Source: a virus. From it: a stretch of DNA of 64,000 bases. A program made the translations under genes and the position numbers. Each line of letters begins with the position of its first letter. Positions within the stretch are counted from its first letter, which is position 1. Below, piece after piece: positions 47,154 through 56,030 of the stretch. The notes beneath the pieces were generated by a model that saw nothing but the letters and a program-made list of their open reading frames with translations, ran no database searches and was not told the origin of the DNA. The DNA is taken from the IMG/VR virus record IMGVR_UViG_3300020439_000004, positions 44,943 through 108,942 of that record, one strand, 5' to 3'.

Positions 47154-47630
47154 ATGCCTTATACTCTTTCTTTTTTAGATCAAAAATTATATACCAGTTT
47201 ATCTTTTGATGCTGATATAAAATTTCCTGAGTCCAGTGACTTTGTTAAGAGGTTTTGGATTTTGAAGGAATATAAAAAAGTAAGTTCAGATTTGGAGCTT
47301 TCAGAGTCTAAAGATTCTGACAAACAAATGACAAGCTCTTCTTCTTATGAGATACACAAAAGGTTTCAAGGCGATGAACTTATCGTTGAGATAGTTCAAA
47401 GCCTTGCTTTTTGTGAAGAATTTGATTATTTTAGCAAGGCAGATTTTGATTTGCCTACAGGAGATGAAGAATTAGATAAAATGCTTACCGATATAAAAGA
47501 TTCTGATTTTGATGAATCAGTTATAAAAGCTTGTATCTTAGATAGTGTGCTTCAAGGCAACTATCCTCAAAATCCTGATGACGAACCAAAAGAGGAAGAA
47601 GAAGAGTCCTCTGAGGAACCAAGTGAATAG
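47154..47630 (+). CDS. hypothetical acidic protein
   Basis: Start moved to ATG 47154, 10 nt after GTGTAA (47138). Confidence 0.6.
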   Translation: MPYTLSFLDQKLYTSLSFDADIKFPESSDFVKRFWILKEYKKVSSDLELSESKDSDKQMTSSSSYEIHKRFQGDELIVEIVQSLAFCEEFDYFSKADFDLPTGDEELDKMLTDIKDSDFDESVIKACILDSVLQGNYPQNPDDEPKEEEEESSEEPSE

Positions 47631-48459
47631 AGTTTTAATAACTGGAGCTGGCGGTTTTATAGGAGGTAACTTAGCCGCATATTTAGAAGCTTGTGGCTTT
47701 CAAGTTACAAGATTTGATATATCTTTAGGTAACACTGGTTATCCAGATATTTTTAATCAAGATTTTGTTATTCATCTTGGTGCAAATTCAAGCACTACAG
47801 AAACCGATCTAAAAAAAATATTAGATCAAAACTTTGAATACTCGGCCAACCTTTACAAGATGTGCGAGGCTTATGAGATAAAGTTTCAATATGCTAGTAG
47901 CGCATCTGTTTATGGCGCATCTAAAACTTTCAAAGAAGATGAGTTTTGTAAACCATTAAGTCCTTATGCTTTTAGCAAGTATATGTTTGACTGTTGGTTA
48001 ATGAATCAAGAATATCCATACCAAGGTTTTAGATATTTTAATGTGTACGGTTTGGGTGAAGATAAAAAAGGAAAGCAAGCTAGTCCTGTTTCAAAATTTA
48101 TAAAAGAAGCGCAGACAGGCGGTAAGATAAAAATCTTTGAGAAAAGCGAAAAATATAAAAGAGATTTTGTTTCTGTAGATGATGTGTGTGAAATGCACTA
48201 CAAGCTTTTGGCAAATGACGCTTCAGGAATATTTAACATAGGTACAGGTGAGCCTATCTCTTTCAGAGATGTAGCAGAGATAATAAAAGAAAATTCTAAC
48301 TCTGAGATAGAAGAAATACCAATGCCCAAAGAGCTAAAAGGGCAGTATCAAAAATTTACAAAAGCTGATATATCAAAGCTAAATGAAATAATTGGTGATT
48401 ATGAGTGGAAAAGTGTAAGTGAATATGTAGAAGAAAACATTGATGCTTTCCTTAATTAA
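47623..48459 (+). CDS. hldD: ADP-L-glycero-D-manno-heptose 6-epimerase
   Basis: ITGAGGFIG, HLGANSSTTE, YASSASVYG, YAFSK, FRYFNVYG, RDFV; GTG start. Confidence 0.88.
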   Translation: MNRVLITGAGGFIGGNLAAYLEACGFQVTRFDISLGNTGYPDIFNQDFVIHLGANSSTTETDLKKILDQNFEYSANLYKMCEAYEIKFQYASSASVYGASKTFKEDEFCKPLSPYAFSKYMFDCWLMNQEYPYQGFRYFNVYGLGEDKKGKQASPVSKFIKEAQTGGKIKIFEKSEKYKRDFVSVDDVCEMHYKLLANDASGIFNIGTGEPISFRDVAEIIKENSNSEIEEIPMPKELKGQYQKFTKADISKLNEIIGDYEWKSVSEYVEENIDAFLN

Positions 48460-48709
48460 AAGTGTTTTAAAATCAATTGAGCTATATTTATCTTTAAAAA
48501 ATAAGCTCTTCTACATAGAATTAAGACATAACCATGAAAAAACACGCAAAAGAATTATTCAAGAGCTTGAAGATATTAGGGCTAGTGGCGGTGATGCAGA
48601 CCGTGCTGATCTCTTGCGAGACGAACTCATCCGTGAAGACGCAAGTTTTAAATATTTATCAGCCTTCTACGCTGAGTCTAGAGAAGGGAAGTCCGATAAG
48701 GACAACTAA
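48443..48709 (+). CDS. putative i-spanin-like coiled-coil protein
   Basis: Overlapped in the +1 frame by a lipoprotein gene; GTGTAA at 48413. Confidence 0.45.
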   Translation: MLSLIKSVLKSIELYLSLKNKLFYIELRHNHEKTRKRIIQELEDIRASGGDADRADLLRDELIREDASFKYLSAFYAESREGKSDKDN

Positions 48710-48803
48710 AGGTATTTACACTCCTCAAGCCGATGAGGTTTGGCACTCTGATGCGAGGTTCCGCAAACTTGAGCGCCAGTTATATTTTCCCAGCAATAAG
48801 TGA
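48534..48803 (+). CDS. lipoprotein, putative o-spanin
   Basis: Basic N-terminus, hydrophobic stretch, lipobox LISC. Confidence 0.6.
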   Translation: MKKHAKELFKSLKILGLVAVMQTVLISCETNSSVKTQVLNIYQPSTLSLEKGSPIRTTKGIYTPQADEVWHSDARFRKLERQLYFPSNK

Positions 48804-48810
48804 GCTTTTT

Positions 48811-48816
48811 GTGTAA
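48811..48816 (+). promoter_or_regulatory. GTGTAA putative late promoter element
   Basis: 9 nt before ATG. Confidence 0.7.
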
Positions 48817-48825
48817 TTAAGACAA

Positions 48826-50376
48826 ATGGCTTTTATTACTGGAATTCCTATTAGAAATAGTATACACACCGAAGAATCCACAAGTGTGGCTGATTGGGGT
48901 AAATACAGGTCAGAATTAACTGGTCTTTATATTACTGGTGAGGGTACTGGAGCGATGTATGAACAATACGCGGCGCAAGATTTCAGAGAGTACAATAAAA
49001 AAATACATGATTTAGGTCTTAATGAATTTAACTCAGACCTTTATTTGAGGCCATTTGATGCTGGGTTTAGATATACGCATGATCCATTATTAGGCAAATA
49101 TAGCAACGCTGCTGGAGCTTATTCTACAAAAGATATAGGTTTTGGAGGTTATCTCATGAGCATCAGAACAAACGCTGATGCACTAAACAGGGAAGCTTAT
49201 GTTTTAGGAGATACTACTGGCAATATTTCATTAGAAGCTATGGTAGCACCAACAGGAACTGGATTTCCTAATTACACATATGAATTTGGTAATACTTTAG
49301 GAACAGGATCTCAAAACGGTCCGTATGAAGTTGAAACCTTTCAATCTAATATATCAGGAAGAGAATATGAACTAACTCGCGTCAAAACTGGTTGGTTTGA
49401 AGATTTAACTGGTTATATGAATACTTATGAGGCGTTTCCCGCTTATGAACTAAGCAGCGATGTTGAAGCGCAAAGTTTTGCTTTAAATATTCCAAAAGCT
49501 CCTGATGGAAGTGTATTAGTCTATCCGTATAGAGTTTTATATTTTGGCTTTTTAAATGTCTGGGTAGTAAATACTTGGAGACTTAAAGATGGGGATACTG
49601 AGGCAACTGAGGAAGCTTTCTATGTTTACAAAAGTGAAGCTGAAGCAGCAGGTGCAGGATTACAATTCGGACCGCAAAATTTTGTTGTAAGCGCGAAGCC
49701 TGTCTATTCCACTTTAGGAGCTTTTGTAGGCCAAGCTAACGCATATGTCACAGACTGGTACGATCAGTCTCATACAGGGTCAGAGCGGAACAACCTCATA
49801 CAAGAAACTGCGGCTGATCAACCTACTATTGTTAATGGCGGCTCTTTAGTGACAGATTCAAGTGGAAATACAGCTTTAGATTTTGACGGAAGCAATCATC
49901 ACATGACATTAAATACTGGGTTTTCTAGTACTTTGAATATAAGTGGTTTAGCTTCTTATACTGTTTTTGAAGCTGATACTACAGGGGCGAATCAAATGGT
50001 TGCCTGTTTAGGAAGTTTTGCTGATTCAACCAAGAGATGGTACTGTCCTTATTTATTTAACGGCACATTTAGTATGAATTATGGTGGAAGTGCTGCTTTT
50101 TCTACTACAGCTAACACAAATTTAAATTTAATTAGCATGACAGCCGATTCAACACAAGGTGCAATGAGAGGTTTCTTAAATGGATCTCAAGTAGGAGGAA
50201 ATGGCACTTTGGAAAATAAAAGTGGAGGAACCTCTCTTGTAGGAGTTGGAGGCTTGGGTGACAGTTTACATTTTAACGGGAAGATTGGAGAGTTTCTTAT
50301 TTATTCAGGCGAAGGCGTATCAACAAATAGAGAAGCTATAGAAGCTAATATAAACAAAAGGTTCGGTATTTATTAA
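48826..50376 (+). CDS. virion protein with C-terminal LamG/ConA-like domain
   Basis: AGAYS, YVTDWYDQS, QPTIV, ALDFDG, FNGKIGEFLIY. Confidence 0.7.
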   Translation: MAFITGIPIRNSIHTEESTSVADWGKYRSELTGLYITGEGTGAMYEQYAAQDFREYNKKIHDLGLNEFNSDLYLRPFDAGFRYTHDPLLGKYSNAAGAYSTKDIGFGGYLMSIRTNADALNREAYVLGDTTGNISLEAMVAPTGTGFPNYTYEFGNTLGTGSQNGPYEVETFQSNISGREYELTRVKTGWFEDLTGYMNTYEAFPAYELSSDVEAQSFALNIPKAPDGSVLVYPYRVLYFGFLNVWVVNTWRLKDGDTEATEEAFYVYKSEAEAAGAGLQFGPQNFVVSAKPVYSTLGAFVGQANAYVTDWYDQSHTGSERNNLIQETAADQPTIVNGGSLVTDSSGNTALDFDGSNHHMTLNTGFSSTLNISGLASYTVFEADTTGANQMVACLGSFADSTKRWYCPYLFNGTFSMNYGGSAAFSTTANTNLNLISMTADSTQGAMRGFLNGSQVGGNGTLENKSGGTSLVGVGGLGDSLHFNGKIGEFLIYSGEGVSTNREAIEANINKRFGIY

Positions 50377-50379
50377 TAT

Positions 50380-50670
50380 ATGAAATATTTACTTTTTAAT
50401 ACAAAACAAGAAGCTCAAAACAGGAGCGCACAAGAAGCACAAGCAAGATGTTGTTCTGGCACTACAAAATATTGGTGGACAGTGAAACAAACTAAAGCGG
50501 GCAAATGGGCTTTATGTATTGATAATCCATATCCAAGGGTAACAGAAGAAACCATAGAATTTGATGGTGAAGAAATGACAGTGCCGACTAACTCTTTAGC
50601 AGGATTAACTCCAACAGAAATATCAAATTTAAAAAATTCTGTCGTCTGGCCTGATGTTCCAACTCTTTAA
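50380..50670 (+). CDS. hypothetical protein, possibly a partner of the LamG protein
   Basis: 96-aa ORF directly downstream. Confidence 0.6.
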   Translation: MKYLLFNTKQEAQNRSAQEAQARCCSGTTKYWWTVKQTKAGKWALCIDNPYPRVTEETIEFDGEEMTVPTNSLAGLTPTEISNLKNSVVWPDVPTL

Positions 50671-50713
50671 AAAAAAGTTGATAAATATTATTTAGTGAAT
50701 AATATGTATATAT

Positions 50714-50920
50714 ATGAAAACTATTGAATTCACTGATCAGGAATTGCAGGTTCTCACACAACTTTTGGACATCGCAGTAAAAGCTGGCGGTCTCAATGTT
50801 GCTGAAGCTGCAAGCGTACTCGCAAGGAAAATTTCTCAAGAAATTGAGCAAACTCCTCAATTTGCAGAACCTTCAATCGCTCCCGTAGAGGATGACGAAG
50901 AAGAAAGCGGAGAGGAATAA
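50714..50920 (+). CDS. small acidic protein
   Basis: 68 aa; TTGATA-16-TAATAT upstream (50678-50705). Confidence 0.65.
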   Translation: MKTIEFTDQELQVLTQLLDIAVKAGGLNVAEAASVLARKISQEIEQTPQFAEPSIAPVEDDEEESGEE

Positions 50921-50966
50921 AATATTTCCCTTGACGATTACAAAATTGTAATATAAAGTTAAGATT

Positions 50967-51644
50967 ATGAAGAAATTTATTCTTACACTACTATTGGGCG
51001 CTATTTTTGGTAGCGCAGCGCATGGGACAACTATTGCAGATTCTTCTGTAGGAGTTGGCTTTTCAGCTTATAACTTCGAAACAAGTAGAGGTTTAGCAGC
51101 TAGAGAAGATGCTCTTGGTTACTCCCTTGATTTAACAGCACCTCTTAACGGCGGAGACCTCTCATTTAATGTCGGTTTGTATGATGTTGATGGAGATTCT
51201 GAAGATTCAGATTATTCTATCACCTATACAAAAGGCATTGAACTATTTGGTCAAAAGCTAGGAGCTACAGCAAGTTTCTCTGGACTTGATTCCACTTTTG
51301 GGGACAGAGATGAAATTGCAGTTGGCTTATCTTACAAGTACTCTCTATTAGATACATCATGGGCAGTTTGGCATGATTTAGATAATGAGTGGTATGGTGT
51401 TGAGATCGGAGCTTCAAGCACTTTTGAGACTCCTATTTCAAGCCTATCAGTAACCCCATTTGTCACTGTTAACCTTGTAGATGAGTATACAGCAGTTGAG
51501 GCTGGTCTTAAAGCAGGTTGGTCTATCACTGATCAATTATCCGTACTCTCTAAGATTTCATATAACAATAATGATTTCGAAGGATCTTCTTTTGAAGTAG
51601 AAGATGAGTGGATTATTGGAGCAGGAATAGGCTTCAAATTCTAA
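50967..51644 (+). CDS. outer-membrane beta-barrel (porin-like)
   Basis: Signal peptide, alternating beta strands, C-terminal GAGIGFKF; promoter TTGACG-17-TAAAGT. Confidence 0.8.
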   Translation: MKKFILTLLLGAIFGSAAHGTTIADSSVGVGFSAYNFETSRGLAAREDALGYSLDLTAPLNGGDLSFNVGLYDVDGDSEDSDYSITYTKGIELFGQKLGATASFSGLDSTFGDRDEIAVGLSYKYSLLDTSWAVWHDLDNEWYGVEIGASSTFETPISSLSVTPFVTVNLVDEYTAVEAGLKAGWSITDQLSVLSKISYNNNDFEGSSFEVEDEWIIGAGIGFKF

Positions 51645-51681
51645 TTTAAATTAATTTTTAATTAGTTTTAATAACAAAATT

Positions 51682-51711
51682 AAAAAGCTCTCCGCAAGGA
51701 GGGCTTTTTTT
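51682..51711 (+). terminator. Rho-independent terminator, possibly bidirectional
   Basis: AAAAAGCTCTCC-GCAA-GGAGGGCTTTTTTT. Confidence 0.9.
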
Positions 51712-51717
51712 GTGTAA
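51712..51717 (+). promoter_or_regulatory. GTGTAA putative late promoter of the lysis cassette
   Basis: After the terminator, 9 nt before ATG. Confidence 0.7.
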
Positions 51718-51726
51718 GTACTTTCA

Positions 51727-52044
51727 ATGGAACCAGAAAAATCCTTGTTAAAAGAATTCCTTCAGGGTGGATGGCTAGTCCCTTTGATTGGAGCCGCCGC
51801 CATGTTTGCTAGACTTTTGTCTGCAAATAACGAGTTAAGCTTAAAACAACAATTTAAAAGAATCCTTACAGCCGCTATCGCTTCAGGTATTGCTTGGTTT
51901 GTTCTAGAGCAAACGGATGTATCTTCTCTTACTAAAGCTATAACTTATGGAATAATAGGTGTTGTTAGTCCTGAAGTTATAGGAGGTATAGTTAGATTGG
52001 GTCAGAAGTTTGAGACTAGTCCTTGGAAATTTTTTAAAAAATGA
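51727..52044 (+). CDS. holin-like membrane protein
   Basis: 105 aa, about 3 TM segments, upstream of the endolysin. Confidence 0.6.
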   Translation: MEPEKSLLKEFLQGGWLVPLIGAAAMFARLLSANNELSLKQQFKRILTAAIASGIAWFVLEQTDVSSLTKAITYGIIGVVSPEVIGGIVRLGQKFETSPWKFFKK

Positions 52045-52286
52045 AATCTAAGTATATAATATTTTGCATATTAGGTATAGTAGCAGCATTTGCTGCTCAA
52101 TTTCTTTCTATCTACAATGAATTACATGGCTTATTATTACATGGATATAAAACAGAATTATCTGTTGATGATATGAAACATTTGCTTGATGAAAACATGT
52201 ATAATTTTAAATCTTCTATAACAAAAATGTTGGCGTTGCTTTTTGTTATAGGTATTTGCGCGTCGTTTAAGAAAAAATGTTACTAA
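52041..52286 (+). CDS. 2-TM membrane protein (holin/antiholin candidate)
   Basis: Hydrophobic termini; in the lysis cassette. Confidence 0.5.
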   Translation: MKSKYIIFCILGIVAAFAAQFLSIYNELHGLLLHGYKTELSVDDMKHLLDENMYNFKSSITKMLALLFVIGICASFKKKCY

Positions 52287-52287
52287 A

Positions 52288-52908
52288 ATGAATTTTAAAG
52301 GTAAAAAAGAAGTAGTTAAAGCTGTACAAAAACTATTGGGCGTTTCTGCTGATGGGGCTGATGGTCCTGTAACTTGGAATGCTATTTTAGCAAAGTTATC
52401 CACAAAGAATGCTCCAGTGCCAGATGGTGATATACCTCAAAAAATGGTTTCATTAGCTAGAGAAGAAATAGGAGTTTCTGAAGTTGATGGGAGTAACTGC
52501 GGGCCAAGGGTGGATGAATACAAAGCGGCTACTTGGCTTGATCCAGATAAAGGTTGGCCATGGTGTGCTGCTTTTATTTGTTGGCTAGTCAGAGAGGCAA
52601 TTGAAGGTGAGGATGTAAAGTTTAAAAGACCAAGAACTGCTGGTGCTTGGGATTTTGAGAATTGGGCTAAACAGCAAGTTTCAAATGGTATAGATCTTCG
52701 CAAACCAACAAATGGAAACATTAAAGCTGGAGATATAGTTGTATTTACTTTTTCTCATATAGGTATAGCTGTCAAAGATATAGACTCAAGTGGTTATGTA
52801 GTAACTATAGAGGGAAATACAAATGGCGCTGGAAGCAGAGAAGGTGGATCTGTCTTAGAGAAGAAGCGCCATGTTTCTAAAATAAGAAGCAGAATAAGAA
52901 TTCTTTAA
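52288..52908 (+). CDS. endolysin: peptidoglycan-binding domain plus CHAP
   Basis: VKAVQKLLG..ADGADGPVTW; PWCAAF, HIGI, IEGNT. Confidence 0.9.
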   Translation: MNFKGKKEVVKAVQKLLGVSADGADGPVTWNAILAKLSTKNAPVPDGDIPQKMVSLAREEIGVSEVDGSNCGPRVDEYKAATWLDPDKGWPWCAAFICWLVREAIEGEDVKFKRPRTAGAWDFENWAKQQVSNGIDLRKPTNGNIKAGDIVVFTFSHIGIAVKDIDSSGYVVTIEGNTNGAGSREGGSVLEKKRHVSKIRSRIRIL

Positions 52909-52951
52909 TATTTTGTTGCTTTATTTTCTTTTTACGTTATTTCTTTTTTAA

Positions 52952-53248
52952 ATGAAAGATGTACCTATAAAAGTTGATAGAAATGAAATATTTAATTTTG
53001 TAGTTGGTAAGTCTATTTTTGACCCTATAGAAAAATGCATAGACCCTACTAGGTATGAAGTCTTTGATACTTTCATCTATGATAATGAAACTGACAGAAA
53101 GTATGTACAAGGGCCAGTTTACAATAGATTTTGCTGGGAAGTGACTAAACTAAAAAACTTATCAGAAAATATGACAGGTGCAGAAATTATAAGAATTTGC
53201 GAAGAATTAGAGGAAATAGCCCCCAAACTTGTCAATCTTGAGAAATAA
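52952..53248 (+). CDS. hypothetical protein
   Basis: 98-aa ORF. Confidence 0.6.
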   Translation: MKDVPIKVDRNEIFNFVVGKSIFDPIEKCIDPTRYEVFDTFIYDNETDRKYVQGPVYNRFCWEVTKLKNLSENMTGAEIIRICEELEEIAPKLVNLEK

Positions 53249-53298
53249 TTCCCCGTTGTGGTTCTTTGTGTAATATATTGTATAACCTATAATATATT

Positions 53299-53487
53299 AT
53301 GGAAGTAATTCTCAAATTAATTGAAGACAATCCTTGGTTCGGTGTTCTTACCGCCGCAATCGCTTTAGCATCTGCAATTACAGCAGCAACTCCTACACCC
53401 AAAAAAGGTACTATTTGGGCTAAAATCTACGCTCTTATTGATTGGGCTGCGATTAACATAGGAAAAGCTAAAGATAAAGGGGAATAA
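53299..53487 (+). CDS. small holin-like membrane protein
   Basis: ALASAITAATPTP..AINIGKAK; GTGTAA at 53268. Confidence 0.55.
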   Translation: MEVILKLIEDNPWFGVLTAAIALASAITAATPTPKKGTIWAKIYALIDWAAINIGKAKDKGE

Positions 53488-53490
53488 TCC

Positions 53491-53518
53491 TTGAATAATC
53501 TTTGTGATAGGCTATAAT
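53491..53518 (+). promoter_or_regulatory. sigma70-type promoter of the heptose operon, leaderless
   Basis: TTGAAT-16-TATAAT with ATG 7 nt downstream. Confidence 0.7.
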
Positions 53519-53525
53519 ACTCTTA

Positions 53526-53900
53526 ATGAGTATGCAGCCTATTTTTAGCCGATTAGAAGTTCACCCCAAGGGTTGGGGAGAAGAGCTTTGGATTACCAAC
53601 AATTATAAATATTGTGGTAAAATTTTACGTTTTAAACAGGGGTCTTCCTTCTCAATGCATTATCACATTCAGAAGGAAGAAACTTGGTGTGTCACTAGAG
53701 GTAAACTAAAGTTAGAATATTTTAATTTAGAGACTTCTGAACGCCTTGAAAAAGAATTAGTAGAAGGCGACACTGTTCATTTAAAACCTTGCATCCCGCA
53801 CAAGTTGACAGCATTAGAAGATTCAGATGTCTTTGAAGTCAGCACTCAACATTTCAATGAGGACTCTTATAGAGTAGAAAAAGGCTCATCGCAGAAATGA
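53526..53900 (+). CDS. cupin sugar-phosphate isomerase (type II PMI-like)
   Basis: KGWG.E, SMHYH..KEETW, PH, EVST. Confidence 0.75.
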   Translation: MSMQPIFSRLEVHPKGWGEELWITNNYKYCGKILRFKQGSSFSMHYHIQKEETWCVTRGKLKLEYFNLETSERLEKELVEGDTVHLKPCIPHKLTALEDSDVFEVSTQHFNEDSYRVEKGSSQK

Positions 53901-54643
53901 AGTTTTTAGTTATAGGTGAAACTTGCAAAGACGAGTTTTGCTATGGCAAAGCTAATCGTTTGTGTCCAGAAGCTCCTGTTCCTGTATTTATACCAGATCA
54001 TAATACAAGCAACTTAGGTATGGCGGCTAATGTTTATGAAAATATGCGGGCTATAGATAACGAGACTCATAAAGATATACCTTTTAAAAATGACATAGCA
54101 TTAAGTACTAATTACTGCGTTGGTTCTAAAACTAGATATATTGACATAGAATCAAATCAAATGTTTTTAAGGGTTGATACAGATAAGTATGAACCTTGTG
54201 ACAAACTGCCAGAAAACATAGAATCATTTGATGCTGTTATTGTTTCAGATTATAACAAAGGATATTTAACAGACTCGCAGTTAAGAGAGATTGCGAGTAG
54301 AAGCAAATTAAGTTTTTTAGATACTAAAAAACAATACAATCAAGAATGGGCTAATTTGTTTACTTTTATTAAGATAAACGATAAAGAGTACAAGGAGAAT
54401 GGTTGGACACATCAAGGAGAGAATTTAATAATCACAAAAGGTTCAAAGGGTTGTTGGTACAATAATAAAGATTATAAACTTAGCAAACCTTCAGAAGTTA
54501 GAGATGTTTCAGGCGCAGGAGATACATTTTTAGCTGCATTTGCTTATTCATATACAGCCACCAAAGATGTTGAATGCTCAATAATATATGCCCAAGATTG
54601 TTGTCAAAGAGTAATTAAAAAGAAAGGTGTTGCTACAATATGA
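53897..54643 (+). CDS. hldA: heptose-7-phosphate kinase (HldE kinase domain)
   Basis: RLCPEAPVPV, GMAANV, KTRY, SDYNKG, DVSGAGDT. Confidence 0.88.
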   Translation: MKFLVIGETCKDEFCYGKANRLCPEAPVPVFIPDHNTSNLGMAANVYENMRAIDNETHKDIPFKNDIALSTNYCVGSKTRYIDIESNQMFLRVDTDKYEPCDKLPENIESFDAVIVSDYNKGYLTDSQLREIASRSKLSFLDTKKQYNQEWANLFTFIKINDKEYKENGWTHQGENLIITKGSKGCWYNNKDYKLSKPSEVRDVSGAGDTFLAAFAYSYTATKDVECSIIYAQDCCQRVIKKKGVATI

Positions 54644-55134
54644 AACATAAAAAAATAATGTCTTTTGACGAGATTAAACAAGAGAGACTTTTTGCAAAGC
54701 AATTAGAAGATGCTGGTATAAAAAAGTTTTTTATATTTACTAATGGATGTTTTGATTTATTTCATGCTGGACATGCTAGCTTACTCAATGCTATGAAAAA
54801 TGCCTGTAGCTTAAATTCAAAGTTGGTTGTTGGCATAAATGGAGATGCGAGCGTTAAATCCATAAAAGGTAAGGATAGACCGATAATACCAGCAAAACAA
54901 AGAGCTTATACAGTAGCCTGTCATGAAGCTGTTGATTATGTTTTTATTTTCAATACTAAAACTGTATCAAAACAACTAAAAGAACTTCAGCCAGATTTTT
55001 GGTGCAAAGGCGGCGATTATGATGAAGATTCTTTAAATAAATCAGAGCTAAAAGCAAAAGGCAATGCTATATTAAAAGTTATACCATTTATAGAAAACAT
55101 AAGCACTAGTGATATTATTAAAAAAATAAAATGA
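54640..55134 (+). CDS. hldC: heptose-1-phosphate nucleotidyltransferase (HldE domain II)
   Basis: FTNGCFDLFHAGH, INGDASV..KG..RP, KGGDY, STS.II. Confidence 0.9.
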   Translation: MKHKKIMSFDEIKQERLFAKQLEDAGIKKFFIFTNGCFDLFHAGHASLLNAMKNACSLNSKLVVGINGDASVKSIKGKDRPIIPAKQRAYTVACHEAVDYVFIFNTKTVSKQLKELQPDFWCKGGDYDEDSLNKSELKAKGNAILKVIPFIENISTSDIIKKIK

Positions 55135-55469
55135 AATATATTGTAGACATTGATGGCACAATTTGCACACATGACAGTCCAGATACCCCTTATGAGCAAG
55201 CAAGGCCAATAAAAGATAGAATACATTTTTTTAATCAATTATTTGATGCTGGTCATGAAATAGTTTATTGGACTGCTAGAGGGGGAAATAGCGGTAAAGA
55301 TCATTCAGCTTTAACTAAAAAACAGCTTGATGAATGGGGTGTTAAAAGAACAAAACTAATGATGGGGAAACCTCCATATGATTATTGGATTGATGATAAA
55401 GCTTATAATGTAAAAGATTTTTTTATGACTGATACAACAACAGGAAAAACAGAAACAATTACATTATGA
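55131..55469 (+). CDS. capless HAD phosphatase
   Basis: DIDGT, WTARG, GKP, IDDKA. Confidence 0.8.
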   Translation: MKYIVDIDGTICTHDSPDTPYEQARPIKDRIHFFNQLFDAGHEIVYWTARGGNSGKDHSALTKKQLDEWGVKRTKLMMGKPPYDYWIDDKAYNVKDFFMTDTTTGKTETITL

Positions 55470-56002
55470 TATCTAATAAAGCTAAAAGCTTATCTTCAGC
55501 AGGTCACATAACTCAGTCTTTTAAAGCGGGTACGGAGGGTCAGCAAAGGTTCTATGACTCTTGTAGAGCTTTAAATAAAGATATAAAGAAAACCTCAAAA
55601 GCTGATGATATTGGTAATCACACGGACTTTGTTGTAGATGGTCAGACTTTTGATGTTAAAGGTTTAAAAAAGACGCAAAAAGAGGGCAAAATTATACTAG
55701 AGATAAAAAATGTCCAAGGTAAAATGGGCTGGTGCAATCACGAGCTAAAACCTGAGTGGATAGCTTTTGATTTTGGTGCGTTTTTCCTTTGTGTTCGAAA
55801 TACTCATCTGAGAGAGTTAGCAGAAAATAAATGCGATTGGACTGATGAAGTGTCTAAAATCAATAATGCTTTATATAAAGGTTATACTAGAAAAGATAGG
55901 AAAGATTTAATGACAGTTGTAACACTTTTTGATGTTTTAAATACATGCGAGCATTGGTTTTTACCTTATCAGGAATATCGTTCCCCAATGGAGCTTTTGT
56001 AG
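55466..56002 (+). CDS. PD-(D/E)XK-like nuclease
   Basis: D..HTDF..TFDVKG..LEIKNV.G..GW. Confidence 0.55.
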   Translation: MISNKAKSLSSAGHITQSFKAGTEGQQRFYDSCRALNKDIKKTSKADDIGNHTDFVVDGQTFDVKGLKKTQKEGKIILEIKNVQGKMGWCNHELKPEWIAFDFGAFFLCVRNTHLRELAENKCDWTDEVSKINNALYKGYTRKDRKDLMTVVTLFDVLNTCEHWFLPYQEYRSPMELL

Positions 56003-56030
56003 TGTAAAAGCAATAAAATATATATATATT

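Noticed and set aside
21517-55469. Bacterial LPS locus or prophage-host junction
   Set aside because: Sugar genes are interleaved with phage genes and share their promoter style; no integrase or housekeeping block is present
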